Assembly (NCBI GenBank): GCA_963797495.1
Contig: CAWCPN010000002.1
Span: 3,240,520 to 3,304,519, forward strand
Direction: 5' to 3'
Source of the DNA: an uncultured Acidobacteriota bacterium
GTDB taxonomy: Bacteria; Acidobacteriota; Thermoanaerobaculia; UBA5066; Gp7-AA6
DNA: 64,000 nt
The notes beneath the pieces were generated by a model. That model searched no databases and had not been told where the DNA came from. It was given only the letters and a program-made list of their open reading frames with translations. Positions within the stretch are counted from its first letter, which is position 1. Each line of letters opens with the position of its first letter. A program made the position numbers and the translations under genes. Below are positions 39,417-54,558 of this stretch, piece by piece.

Positions 39417-42349
39417 TCAGGGCCTCCGAGATCGCGGCGTAGTAGCCGACCTTGATGAGCAGGCGCACGAAGACGAAGACCTGCTGCGTCGAGGATCAGC
39501 GGCACCAGGGCGAAGCGCGCCTCGCCGCCCGGCCGAGGGATCGAGGACGAGCCACAGCAGGTAGAGGGCCGCCGTGACGAGCGGTGTAGATCCCGAGCAC
39601 GCCGAGCAGGCGCAGCGGCCGGCCCGAGCGCGCCCGCGATTCCGAAGACGAATCGCGAGACACGGGCGGAAGGTCCGGCCGCGCCACCCAGACCGTCCGC
39701 ACGGCGTCGGCGAGGAGCTTGATCGCGGCGAAGGCGAGCGCGAGCGCGAGCAGCCGCAGCCCCGTGACCGCGAGCGCCGCCTGCTCGGTGTGGAGCTCCT
39801 TGACGCGCGCGCCAGCGCCTCGCCCGAGCCGACGTAGATCCACTCGTAGGCCGCGAACGCCGCGCCGAAGCGCCGCGAACGTGAACAGCAGGAAGGCCGG
39901 CATGCGACGCATGCCCTCGCGGCCGAACGTGACGAGCGAGCTCGAGGGCTCCCGCAGCACGCCGAGCATGCCTCCGAGACCGAATGCGTGGAGCACCGTC
40001 GCGAGCAGGGCGAGGGAGAAGGCGGTGGCCCCCACGCCGCGCATCCCCGGCAGCTCCGACCACCGGATGCCCTCGGCGGAGAGCAGGCCCGTCGCGATCT
40101 CGGGGAAGTTGCCGAGCACGTCCGGGTGGACGCGGCGCACCGTCTCCCACCAGCCGTAGTCGGGGTTGGCGACCATCTTGTCGGCGGCCGGCGAGCGGTC
40201 GAGCAGCGCAGTGCAGCGTGTTGGAGATCGGGAGGATGAGCGCGGCCGACAGGAGAAGCTGGATCAGCCAGAGGGCGACGGCGAGGTAGGGCTTGGAGAG
40301 CGAGAGCCGCAGCCCGCGCAGGAAGCAGGCAGAAGGCCCGCGGGCCGCGGCGCCTCACCAGACCACCGTCATGAAGTCGATCATGTTCTGGACCCAGAAG
40401 ACCGCGCGCGCCGTCCAGCGCGTCGCGGCCGCGCGGAGTCGTCCTGCGTGCGCCGGCCGTTGTTCGTGCGGTCGGCGTCGAGCAGGATCTTCTCCTCCGG
40501 GTCCACGACGGCTTCGAGAGCCGCGGTCCGGACGTCACGCGGAACCGCTTCCATCGCGCCTCGCCGTCCCAGTGCGAGCGGTACTCGCGGCCGCCCTCGA
40601 AGCGCAGCAGCGACGTCGACCGGCATGGCGACGTCTCCGCTGCGGACGACCGTGACCCGGCTGTCATATCCGCGCGGCTTTCGCGAGCTCCGGCGGCGGG
40701 CCCGTCGGAGAGGCGGCCGTCCTTCTCGAAGAGGCCCGCGCGGCGGCGCCGCGGGCTCGCTCTCGGCCTCGGCCACCGCGTAGTCGACGATGCCCGAGGA
40801 AAAGAACGTCCGGTCGAAGAACCACGTCCAGTCCTGGCCGGTCGAGTCGTTGACGGCGGCGATGAAGTCCTGCGTCGTCGGGTGGCGGAAGCGCCAGCGG
40901 TCGGCATAGAGGCGCAGGCGCCCGGTCCATCGCGGGCGTGCCGAGCAGCCGCTCGAGGGTCGCCATCGTGAGCGCCGTCTTCGTGGTAGACGTGGGCGCC
41001 GTAGGACTTGCGCTCGCGGAACTTCCAGCTCTCCGACGCGAGCACGTCCCAGTCGGCGACCTCGAAGTAGCGCCGGTTCGAGTCGAGCGGGTAGTGGATC
41101 TCGATCCCGAGCGGGAAGTGGAGGCCGAAGACGTTCAGCTCCACGTGGTTCGGCCCGAAGACCGACTTCAGGACGCGGTCGGTCATGTAGGTGTTGAATC
41201 CCTCGTCGAGCCACGCCTCCTCGAACTCGTTCGAGGCGAGCAGGCCGTAGAGGAACTGGTGGCCGGTCTCGTGCACGGTGACGCCCTCGGGGCGGTGGAC
41301 GTTCTTCGGCGCGCTCCAGGAGGTGCCCGCGGTGATGAGCGTCGGGTACTCCATCCCGCCCGCGCCCCGGGCGCCCCAGGGCGGGATCGACGATCGTCAG
41401 GGTGCTCGTACGGATAGGCCGCCGAGGACCCGGCCGTAGCCCGAGAGCGCGGCCTTCGCCGCCCGGAAGTGCCTCTCCGCCTGGGCCGCATGCTCGGGCT
41501 GAAGGAGCAGGATGAGGCGAACGTCGCCCAGCCCCGCCTCCCGGAACGCGTCTTCGAGCACCAGGTACGCAGGATCGGCCGTCCAGGCGAAGTCGTGGAC
41601 GCCCTTCTGGCGGAATCGGTAGAGGACCCGGCCGGCCGAAGTCTCGCGCTCTTCGACGCTGGCGGCCGGTGGCGCCGACCCGGCCCTTGAAGCGGGCGGG
41701 CACGTCGATCGAGACGTCGTAGTTCCCGAAGTCGGCGAAGAACTCGCTCGACGCGTGGAACTGGTGGCAGTTCCAGCCGCCGTCCTGGAAAACCCCGATC
41801 TTCGGAAACCACTGCACGACGAAGAAGAAATCGCCCTTGTAGCCGGTGCGCACGGACACGCGCGGCAGCCGCGAGACGAAGTCCATGGCGATCGAGATCG
41901 TCTCGCCCGGCGCCACGGGGCGGCCCGGGATCGACCTCGGCGACCGTGCGGTCGTCGGGATTGCCGTCGTCGGGGGCGATGTACTTGAGCGAGGCCAGCA
42001 GGTCTTCGCCGTCGGCGCCGGTCATGCGGAGGATCTCGATCGAGCCCCAGGAGTCCGGCGGCAGCCGGCCGTCGCGGCTCTCGCCGCGGGACTCCCGGTA
42101 AAAGGTCGAGAGCGTGTTGCGGAAGGCGTTCAGATAGAGGTGAAAGCGCAGACGTCGCGGCCGGACGCGAGGTGGTGTTCTTCCAGGTCAGGACCTGCGT
42201 GCCCTCGACCGTCTTTTTTTCCGGTGTCGAGCTTGCAGGAGATCTGGTACGAGGCGACCGGCGGCGGCGGGAAGGGACGAGCGGCGAGGGCCGACGGTCG
42301 CGGCCGCGCCGAGCGCGGCCGCCAGGACCCCGGCTTTTGCCGAAGACAT
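39417..42349 (-). pseudogene. M1-family (gluzincin) metallopeptidase, heavily frameshifted
   Basis: The signal peptide is [18 protein letters not shown]-domain fragments include ..[16 protein letters not shown].. and ..[35 protein letters not shown]... The zinc site is HETGHQFLYGLLASNEFEEAWLDEGFNTY (HEXXH-X18-E). Fragments lie in all three minus frames. Confidence 0.5.
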
Positions 42350-42369
42350 TGCGCGGACTGTAGCATGAG

Positions 42370-44624
<2,255 letters not shown>

Positions 44625-44695
44625 GGCGGCCGCGAGGGCCGCCCCGACGCATGGGCGGAGCGTGTCCCCGCTCTCCTCTCCGTTGCGCCGGTCCG

Positions 44696-45253
44696 TTACG
44701 CCGGCTGCGCGGCGAGCTTCCCCTTGAGCCCCTTGAGCTTGAAGGAGAGCATGACCAGCAGGATTCCCCACACGATCGCCAGCGCCGCGATCAGCCAGGT
44801 CACCGAGAGGATTCCGGCGCCCGGGTAGAGAAAGAAAAGAACCCCGAGGGCGACGGTGAGAATCCCCGAAAGGATCCACATCCACTCGCCCTGGACTTCC
44901 TTGCGCAGGCGGATCGCGGCCGAGATCTGGAGAACGCCGGCGAAAATCGCCCAGAACGCGAGTACCCAGAGCAGCGTGATCGCGGTCAGGCCGGGCCACA
45001 GGAACGCGACGATACCCGCCGCGATGCCGACGAGGCCGATCACGACGAGTGATCCCCACTTGCCCCGGATGCCGGCGACGACGCCGAAGATGCCGTCGAT
45101 CAGGGCGTAGGCGCCCCAGAGAGCGACCAGAATCAGGATGGTGAGGCCGGGCCACGCGTACGCCAGGACACCGAAGAGGATCGCGAGAATGCCGCGGAGC
45201 AGGACGACCCACCAGTGCTCGGCCATGGTCCGGACGGCGGAGAAGGCGGCCAT
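44696..45253 (-). CDS. HdeD/DUF308 family membrane protein
   Basis: Six-TM pattern with the repeated GxW motifs typical of HdeD. GGAAAGGAG lies upstream of the ATG. Confidence 0.75.
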   Translation of the reverse strand: MAAFSAVRTMAEHWWVVLLRGILAILFGVLAYAWPGLTILILVALWGAYALIDGIFGVVAGIRGKWGSLVVIGLVGIAAGIVAFLWPGLTAITLLWVLAFWAIFAGVLQISAAIRLRKEVQGEWMWILSGILTVALGVLFFLYPGAGILSVTWLIAALAIVWGILLVMLSFKLKGLKGKLAAQPA

Positions 45254-45296
45254 CGGTCACTCCTTTCCAGGTTGCTGTCCCGAGGCGACGCCGTCG

Positions 45297-45512
45297 AGGT
45301 CGCTCTACTTCTTCTTCGGCGGGCTTTCTCTTGCGGGCCGCCGGCTTGCGCTTCTTCGCGGCGGCCTTGCTCTTCTCGGCCTTGCTCTTGCGCTTGAGGT
45401 CGGCGCGGTGGGCGCGCTCGTAGGTCTGGATGTCCTTGAAGCGCCCCGAGGAGTCGCGGACGGCGTAGAGCTTCTTTCCGGCGACGCTGCGGTGAGTCGT
45501 TCTGCGGGCCAT
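45297..45512 (-). CDS. small highly basic Lys/Arg/Ala-rich protein; 3' end uncertain
   Basis: MARRTTHRSVAGKKLYAVRDSSGRFKDIQTYERAHRADLKRKSKAEKSKAAAKKRKPAARKRKP... The ORF has no in-frame stop before it runs into the hdeD-like gene. A stop (TAG, 45303-45305) exists in the -1 frame. Confidence 0.35.
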
Positions 45513-45563
45513 GAGAAACCTCCTTCCGGTCGGCGGACTGGAGCCGACCGCTCTTCGGGCAGT

Positions 45564-46245
45564 CTATGCGAACCCGGTGAAGATCGGCAGAAGCGACGTC
45601 AGGTCCGCCACGCGCCGCGTCCCTTCCGGAGCCGGCGCGTCGCCGATCAGCACGGGCGCCAGTCCCGCGCGCCGGGCACCGACGACGTCGATCTCGTAGA
45701 TGTCGCCGACGTACGCGCAAGCGGCCGGGGGAAGCCCGAGCCGTCCGGTGGCCGCCAGGAAGATGCGGGGATCCGGCTTCTCGACGCCGACCTCGGCCGA
45801 GTCCACGACGAACTCGAGGTGGGCCGAGAGGCCGGCCGCTTCGAGGAGCGTCCGCACGCGCCCGTCGGCGTTCGAGACGACTGCGATGCGATATCCCCGG
45901 CGCCGCAGGGTCTCGAGGGCCTCCAGCGAGCCTTCGGCGCGCCTCGACCAGAGGTTGGACCGGCGGTGCTCGCCGGCGACGCCGGCCGCGGCCTGGCGGC
46001 GGGCGCCGGCCTCCGCCAGCCCGAGGCCACGGAGCAGCGTGTCGAGGTACAGGGGCAGACGCTCGGCGTCCCGGGACTCGGGCCGCTCGAGAACGAGGGC
46101 GCGCACCGCGGCGACGGCCAGCGTCTCGGCCCGGCCGAAACGCCGCCGCGTCGAAACCGACCCCGGCGGCGCGACAGACGCGCTCGCCGTCGACGTGGAT
46201 CAGCGTGCCGCCGGCGTCGAAGAGGACGGCCCGGATGTCCTTCAT
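45564..46245 (-). CDS. HAD-superfamily hydrolase, with one frameshift near 46100-46150
   Basis: Motif I is MKDIRAVLFDAGGTL. After the shift, motifs III/IV read ..IAVVSNADGRV.. and ..YVGDIYEIDVVGARRAG... The ATG overlaps the glmM stop (ATGA). Confidence 0.6.
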
Positions 46246-47575
46246 CCTCCGAGCTCGGCCCGGACGACGATTTCGAGCTCGTCGGCGATGGCGTGGACCT
46301 CGCCGGGTTCCGGCCCCTCGACGAGGATGCGCAGGAGCGGCTCCGTGCCCGAGTAGCGCAGGAAGACGCGCCCGCGGGCCCGCAGGCTCTCCTCGGCGCG
46401 GGCGACCGCTCCCCGGATGCCGGCCGACTGCTCGATCGGCACGCGCCGGCCGACCCGGACGTTGCGCAACGTCTGCGGCATCTTCTGCAGGGTCGCGAGG
46501 TCCGAGAGCCTTCGTCCGCTCTCGCGGACGATCGCGGCGACCAGCATCGCGGTCAGGATGCCGTCGCCCGCCGGCGACAGGGGAGCCAGCAGCGTGTGTC
46601 CCGACGTTTCGCCGCCGAGCGCCGCCCCGGTCTCGTCCATCCGCCGCGCCACGTTGCGGTCGCCGACGGCGGCGCGGGAGAACGCGATGCCCTCCTGGCG
46701 CAGCGCCGCCTCGAGCCCGAAGTTGGACATGACCGTGCCGACCACGCCGCCCGGCGGCAGCGTGCCGCGGGCCTTCCAGTCACAGGCCACGATCCAGAGC
46801 ACGTCGTCGCCGTCGAGGATGCGCCCGGTCTCGTCCGCGAAGATGGCCCGGTCGGCGTCGCCGTCGAAGGCGACACCGAGAGCCGCACCCTCCTCCCGCG
46901 TCATCGCGCGCCATCTCCTCCGGGATGAAGGGCGCCGCAGCCGCGGTTGATGTTGCGGCCATCCGGAGCGTCGTGAATCGCCGTGACCCGCGCACCGGCG
47001 CGGTGGAGGGCGCGGGGGCCGATCTGAAACGCCGCGCCGTTCCCGGCGTCCATCAGGATCGGAAGGCCCTCGAGGTCGCGCGGGACGCCGGCCTTCAGGC
47101 GCGAGATGTAGGTCGCGATGAGGCCCGGGTCCGGGTCGGGCGGCGCCGGCGTGGGTCGGGGAGCGCCGGCGCCCATGCCCGCCACGAGCTTCTTCTCGAG
47201 GTCCGCCTCGCCGGCGTCGGGCCACTTCCGGCCGTCCGGGCCGAAGATCTTGATTCCGTTGTCCTCGTACGGGTTGTGCGAGGCCGAGACGGCCACGCCG
47301 GCCGCGGCGCCGATCTCGAGGACGAGCTCGGCGATGCCCGGCGTGGTGATGACGCCCGCCGATGCGACGCCGCAGCCGGCCTCGCGAAGGCCCGCGGCGA
47401 GGTCGGCGACGATCGCCGGGGTCGACTCCCGCGTGTCGCCTCCCACCACCACGCGAAGGGCCCCGGCCCCGGCCAGGTTGTTGCCGAGCTCGCGGCCGAG
47501 CAGGCGCACCGAGGGCGGGTCGAGCGGGTACTCGCCCGCCCGCCCGCGCAGTCCGTCGGTTCCGAAGAGCTTCAA
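46242..47575 (-). CDS. glmM: phosphoglucosamine mutase, with one frameshift near 46910; TTG start
   Basis: The N-terminus is KLFGTDGLRG and the active-site region is ..SASHNPYEDNGIKIF... The C-terminal half ..GVAFDGDADR..GETSGH.. lies in the adjacent frame. Confidence 0.8.
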
Positions 47576-47597
47576 GCCGGGTCTCCTGGAGAGCTGG

Positions 47598-48299
47598 TCA
47601 TTTTCGTCTCGGGCGGGGCGCGGGGGTGGGCGTCGGCGGCGGCGCCGGCCGGATCCGGACGCGGACCGTGACGACCTGCCCGTCGCGCACGCGGACGCCG
47701 GCGGGCGGCGTCGACAGCGTCGTGGAGGTCGAGAACGTCGCGTCGCGACCCTCGACCGAGACGGGCTCGGTCTTGATCTGGACGGTTCGGGCGAGGGTCT
47801 TCGCCGGGCCCTGGAGGCGCGCCTGGTGCGGCTCGACCGAGACCTCCTCGACATTCGCGCCGTCGACGACCTGGCCGATGATGTCGGGGAGGATCGGGAC
47901 GGTCTTGTCCCCGATGGCGTCGAGGACGACCCGGATCTCGGTCGGCGAGATCGCGATGACCTCGATGTCCCGCGGCACGTTGATGTCGGCGGGCTCGAGA
48001 GCGTAGCGCTTCTCGCCGGGCAACGAATCCACGAGGTCGACGACGGCTTCGAGCTTGGACGGTTCGAGCTGTCGCAGGGGAGTGAACGCGCCGCGCACCC
48101 GCACATCGACGCCGTCCGGCAGGGGCGAGACGATGACGGTCCCGGGCGGGATGTTCACGATCGAGAGGGGGATGCGGTAGCTGCGCTCCGAGATCCGTTC
48201 GCGCCGCTCGCCCGTCAGGACGTACCACGTGATGCAGGCGATCGCCAGGGCGAGCAGCTTCGTGCCCGGATTGCGGAGGAAGAGGCCCGAGAGCTTCAT
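47598..48299 (-). CDS. cdaR: CdaR (YbbR-like domain) regulator of diadenylate cyclase
   Basis: The N-terminal TM anchor is followed by YbbR-like repeats and a Pro-rich tail. The ATG overlaps the cdaA stop. Confidence 0.75.
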   Translation of the reverse strand: MKLSGLFLRNPGTKLLALAIACITWYVLTGERRERISERSYRIPLSIVNIPPGTVIVSPLPDGVDVRVRGAFTPLRQLEPSKLEAVVDLVDSLPGEKRYALEPADINVPRDIEVIAISPTEIRVVLDAIGDKTVPILPDIIGQVVDGANVEEVSVEPHQARLQGPAKTLARTVQIKTEPVSVEGRDATFSTSTTLSTPPAGVRVRDGQVVTVRVRIRPAPPPTPTPAPRPRRK

Positions 48300-49078
48300 G
48301 GGTGCACCGCGAATTCGCGGAAGAGCAGGTCGCGCAGCGACTTGCCGTCCAGGTCCTCCTGGAGGTCCCCGTCGCGCGCGACCGAAATGGTGCCGCGCTC
48401 CTCCGACACGAGGATCGCGAGGGCGTCGGTCTCCTCCGTGATTCCGATGGCCGCGCGGTGGCGCGTGCCGAACCTTTTCGGCAGGCCCTCCTTGAGAGAG
48501 AGCGGCAGGAAGCTCGCCGCCGCCGCGATCCGGTCGCCCGAGACGATCACGGCCCCGTCGTGCAGTGGGGTGCCCGGCGCGAAGAGCGTCACGAGCAGCT
48601 CGTACGAGATCGCGGAGTCGATCGCGGAACCGTTCTCGATGTAGGTCTTCAGGCCCTCCCGGCGTTCGAGGACGAGGAGGGCGCCGACGCGGCGGGCCGC
48701 CAGCGAGGTGACCGCGAGGACGATCTCGGAGATCGACTCTTCGGCGTGATACCCGGAGAAGAGGGCGAAGAACGGCGTCCGGCCGAAGGCGGCGAGCGCG
48801 CGGCGCAGCTCGTGGGAGAAGAGCACGATGACCGCGAACGGGACGTAGAAGATCAGCGCTCGCAGCACCGTCGTCAACGCGGCCAGCTTGAGAAAGACCG
48901 CCCCCGCGTACACGGCGAAGATGGCGAAGAGGCCCAGCACCATCTGCACGGCGCGCGTTCCGCGGATCAGGCGGAGCAGGCCGTACGTGATCACCGCGAC
49001 GATCGCGATGTCGAGGGCGTCGCGCCAGCCGAAGTTCAGGTGGGTCAGCTGCCCGAGCCGGCTCGCCAGGGAGTCCAT
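48296..49078 (-). CDS. cdaA: diadenylate cyclase CdaA (DisA_N domain)
   Basis: Three N-terminal TM helices, then DAC motifs ..HDGAVIVSGDRI.. and ..GTRHRAAIGITEETDA... Confidence 0.9.
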   Translation of the reverse strand: MDSLASRLGQLTHLNFGWRDALDIAIVAVITYGLLRLIRGTRAVQMVLGLFAIFAVYAGAVFLKLAALTTVLRALIFYVPFAVIVLFSHELRRALAAFGRTPFFALFSGYHAEESISEIVLAVTSLAARRVGALLVLERREGLKTYIENGSAIDSAISYELLVTLFAPGTPLHDGAVIVSGDRIAAAASFLPLSLKEGLPKRFGTRHRAAIGITEETDALAILVSEERGTISVARDGDLQEDLDGKSLRDLLFREFAVHP

Positions 49079-50232
49079 CAGCGGGCGGTCGCCTGGGCGG
49101 CGGCCGGTGCGGCCGCGGCCGGACGGGCGATCGCGTCGGACATCCGGAGGAAGCGGACCGACTCGGCCACGTCGTGGACCCGGAGAATCGACGCTCCGCC
49201 GCGGGCGGCGGCGGCCAGCGCCGCGAGCGATCCGGGAAGCCGCTCGGCGGCCGAAGCGGAATCGGGCACGTCCGAGAAGCGCCGGACGAACCCTTTCCGC
49301 GAGGCCCCGGCCGCCAGGGGCCGGCCGAGGGAGGCGAAGGCCGGCAGGTGCCGGAGCAGCGCGAGATTGTCCTCGGGGGCCTTGCCGAATCCCAGTCCCG
49401 GGTCGAGCGCGATCGAGTCCTCCGCGATCCCGGCCGATACGGCGCGGTCCGCGGCAGCGGCGAGGAACTCCGCGATGTCGCCGATCAGGTGCTCGTACCG
49501 CACGTCGTCCTGCATGGTCTGCGGATCGGTTCCCCGCATGTGCATCAGGATGGCCCCCGCTCCCGCGGAGGCGATCGTGGCGAAGAGTTCCGCGTCGAAA
49601 CGCCCCGCCGACACGTCGTTGACGGCGTCGGCGCCGGCCGCGAGCGCCGCCTGCGCCACGGACGACCGGCGCGTGTCGACCGACAGGGGGGCGTCGGTCT
49701 TCTCGCGGATTGCGGAAACGACCGGAACGATCCGGGCGATTTCCTCTTCGGCGGAGAGTGGCTGCGCCTGGCCGTAGGTCGCCGGCCGCGTGGATTCGCC
49801 GCCGACGTCCACGATCGCGGCACCCTCGTCGAACATCGCGAGCGCCCGGGCCACGGCCCGCCCGCGGTCGAAGTAGAGCCCCCCGTCCGAGAAAGAATCC
49901 GGAGTCACGTTGAGGATCCCCATGACGGCCGGGCCCGCCGAAAAGTCGAGCGATCGCCCGCGGGCCATCGCCAGCCGCGCCGGGCGCCGGGCGGCCCGTT
50001 CGAATGCCGCCTCGGCGCGCTGGCGCAGGCTCGCGGGCATGGCGCGGAGCGTTTCGGCCCGGCGCGAGCGCGCGATGACGACCGGCCGCGACGCCGAGCT
50101 CTCGAAACGGACCACGTCGACCGGGAAATCGGCGGGCGGGAAGGTCGCGGGTCGGAAGCCGTCCCAGCCGCAGATCTCCTGGAGCGAAGCGGCGTCGTGC
50201 GCGGCGATGACGAGGTCGGCCGGCGGCGGCAT
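49078..50232 (-). CDS. folP: dihydropteroate synthase with an N-terminal extension of about 100 aa
   Basis: The pterin-binding region is ..GILNVTPDSFSDGG..IVDVGGESTRP..ILMHM... It is preceded by a 100-residue region with no recognisable domain. Confidence 0.8.
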   Translation of the reverse strand: MPPPADLVIAAHDAASLQEICGWDGFRPATFPPADFPVDVVRFESSASRPVVIARSRRAETLRAMPASLRQRAEAAFERAARRPARLAMARGRSLDFSAGPAVMGILNVTPDSFSDGGLYFDRGRAVARALAMFDEGAAIVDVGGESTRPATYGQAQPLSAEEEIARIVPVVSAIREKTDAPLSVDTRRSSVAQAALAAGADAVNDVSAGRFDAELFATIASAGAGAILMHMRGTDPQTMQDDVRYEHLIGDIAEFLAAAADRAVSAGIAEDSIALDPGLGFGKAPEDNLALLRHLPAFASLGRPLAAGASRKGFVRRFSDVPDSASAAERLPGSLAALAAAARGGASILRVHDVAESVRFLRMSDAIARPAAAAPAAAQATAR

Positions 50233-50436
50233 TCCCGGAGTCTAGTGGATCGTGTCGGCGGCCCGGAAACGGCGTCCCGTTCGCCGCGGCCGGCGCCCGT
50301 CCGACCCGGCCGTCGGCTCCCCGGGCGATGACCGCCGGCCCGGCGGCGCCGCTTCCCGTACAACCCGCTCAAGGACAGGACGGTCGTCGTCGCGAGCCGC
50401 GCGGCCTCGGAGGAGCTTCGGCGCCTCGCGCGCTGA

Positions 50437-50928
50437 CTAGACGGCTTCGTCCGCCGTCGGGCCGTAGACGGACGGCAGGGGGACGTCGAGCTCGCGCAGG
50501 TAGACGCTGAGCTGCCCCCGGTGGTGGATGCTGTGGTTGAGCAGGACCCGCCGCAGGATCGAGCGTCGCTTGAGCGCGAAGAAGACCGTTCCGTCCGGCT
50601 TGACGACCGGGAACTCCTCGTCCATGGCGGTGTCGGACGTGCCGGCGATGGCGGCCCGGCCCCCGGCGACGTTCTCGTCGAACCGGGCGACGTATTCGGC
50701 CGCGGTCTTCATCGAGGGAGCCTTCTCGCTGCCGATCTGGAAGCGGTCCTTCTCGATCCGCATTCCGAAGCGGGGGAGCTCGGTCACGTGGGTGGCAAGC
50801 TCGCCCAGGCTCCGCGACTTCGCGTGCGGCTTCCAGTCGAGACGGTCCGACGGGAGACGCTCGAGCAGGCGGCGGGTCGTCGCCATCTCGGCGTCGTATT
50901 CGGGCAGGATCGTCTCGGCGAAGGTCAT
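50437..50928 (-). CDS. DinB/YfiT-like (DinB_2) metal-dependent hydrolase-fold protein
   Basis: 163 aa with the four-helix DinB pattern and His motifs (..HVTELP.. and ..HSIHHRGQ..). Confidence 0.75.
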   Translation of the reverse strand: MTFAETILPEYDAEMATTRRLLERLPSDRLDWKPHAKSRSLGELATHVTELPRFGMRIEKDRFQIGSEKAPSMKTAAEYVARFDENVAGGRAAIAGTSDTAMDEEFPVVKPDGTVFFALKRRSILRRVLLNHSIHHRGQLSVYLRELDVPLPSVYGPTADEAV

Positions 50929-50962
50929 GGTCGAGCCGTCGGCGCGTCCGGGCGGGTCCGCC

Positions 50963-52876
<1,914 letters not shown>

Positions 52877-52933
52877 CGAAATCTCCTTGCCGAGGGACAG
52901 CCCGGGTTGAGCATAACGGACTCCAGACGGCTT

Positions 52934-53449
52934 TTATTGCTCCGTGACCACCTCGTGGATGTCCGGCAGGTGCGCGTGCAGCCCCTCGTGCTCCATCCCG
53001 TAGCCGGCGTAGAGGCCTCCGCCCTCCGTCGAGAAGAGCGAGAAGTCCACGGACACGTTGGCCTTACGGTCCAGAGGTTTGTCGATGACCGCGGCCAGAC
53101 GCAGGGACCCCGCCCCCGCCCCTCGGAGGTGGTCCATCAGGTACGTCTCGATCACGCCCGTGTGCACGACGTCTTTGAGCAGCAGGATGTGCTTGCCGCG
53201 GACCTGAAAACCGGTGGTGAAATCGATCGCCAGGGTGTCGTTGGCGCTCTCGGCCCGGCGCACGTGCAGGAACTCGCAGGCGAACGGGCCGCGCATCCGC
53301 CGGGCCAGATCGGCCATGAAGAAGGCCGAGCCCTTGAGGATCGAGACGACGACGAGCGGCCGGTCGCGGACGTCGCGGTCGATGGCGCCGGCGACGGCCT
53401 CCACACGCTCGGCGATCAGCCGCGCTTCGTAGCGCCGCTCGAGCCTCAC
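52934..53449 (-). CDS. hpt: hypoxanthine-guanine phosphoribosyltransferase
   Basis: ..VVVSILKGSAFFMADLAR.. and the PRPP motif ..ILLLKDVVHTGV... The GTG overlaps the tilS stop (GTGA). Confidence 0.9.
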   Translation of the reverse strand: MRLERRYEARLIAERVEAVAGAIDRDVRDRPLVVVSILKGSAFFMADLARRMRGPFACEFLHVRRAESANDTLAIDFTTGFQVRGKHILLLKDVVHTGVIETYLMDHLRGAGAGSLRLAAVIDKPLDRKANVSVDFSLFSTEGGGLYAGYGMEHEGLHAHLPDIHEVVTEQ

Positions 53450-54472
53450 GACGGGGTCTCCGAGACGGTTGGAGTGTCGATCCGCAAATGGTACACCGCC
53501 GGCGCCGGGCCGACCGACAGAAGGGCGCCGCGCCGCTCGAACCGGATGCGCCGGCCCGCCTCGAACCGGAAGTCCCCGGCCGACGCCAGCCGCCGGAGAA
53601 CCTGCTCGCGCTCGCGTCCCGTCATCGGCGGCCGGCCGGGCCGCGCGAACGGGGCGGCCAGCCTCTCGAGGGCCGCCCGGCCGAGCTCTTCGGGGAGGCC
53701 CGCGAGGAAGGCCGCTTCCGCGAACGCGGCGCCTTCGGCGAACCGGAGACGCGGCAGGATGCTCGCGGCGAGCTCGCGTTCGAGCTCGTCCCGCTGCGCG
53801 CGCAGGCGCGCAGACCTCGGTCAGCAGCGCCGAGCGCGCTTCCGGTTCGAGCTCCGCGAGCCGTCGGCGGATGCGATTTCTCGAAAGGCGCAGGTCGCCG
53901 TTGGAGGGGTCGCGGCGAAACGGGATCGCCCGCTCCGCCAGTGACCGGAGGATCTCCGCGCGCGAGACCGAGAGCAGCGGCCGGACGATTCCGTCCTCCC
54001 GCGCCTCCCGCGGACCGGCGAGAAGCGCCAGTCCGCCCCGCCGCTCCCTGGCGAGCAGGTGCGACTCGAGGACGTCGTCCTCCTGGTGCGCCGTCGCGAC
54101 GCGGCTCGCGCCGGCTTCGCCGGCCATCTCGAGGAGCGCCTCGTAGCGCACGTGCCGGGCGCCGGCCTCCGGCGAGAGCCGAAGCTCCCGCGAGGTGGCG
54201 CGGGCGTCGCGTCGCCGGAAAAGAAGCGGCAGTCCCAGCCGCCGGGCCTGGTCCCGGACGAACTCGAGGTCCCGATCCGCCCCGCGCCGCTGCCAGCCGT
54301 GATGGACGTGGCCGACGGCGAGCGACCAGCCGGTCCGTGCCGCGACCTCGACCGCCCCGTGGAGCAAGGCCATCGAGTCCGCGCCGCCGGAGACCGCCAG
54401 AAGCAGGGACGAGCCGGGGGGCGCCAGCTCGCAGGTCGCCGCCCTCTCGAGGGCGGCCTCGACGGCGTTCAT
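53446..54472 (-). CDS. tilS: tRNA(Ile)-lysidine synthetase, with one frameshift near 53830
   Basis: The PP-loop is LLLAVSGGADSMALLH. The C-terminal domain continues in the adjacent frame (..LRAQRDELERELAASILPRLRFAEG..). Confidence 0.8.
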
Positions 54473-54558
54473 TCGCCGATGGTAACGCCGGTGACGGCTC
54501 CCGGGTGTTTTCCGTCCGCACGGGTCTGGTGCCGCCGGCCCGGCGTCGAGGCCGCGCC

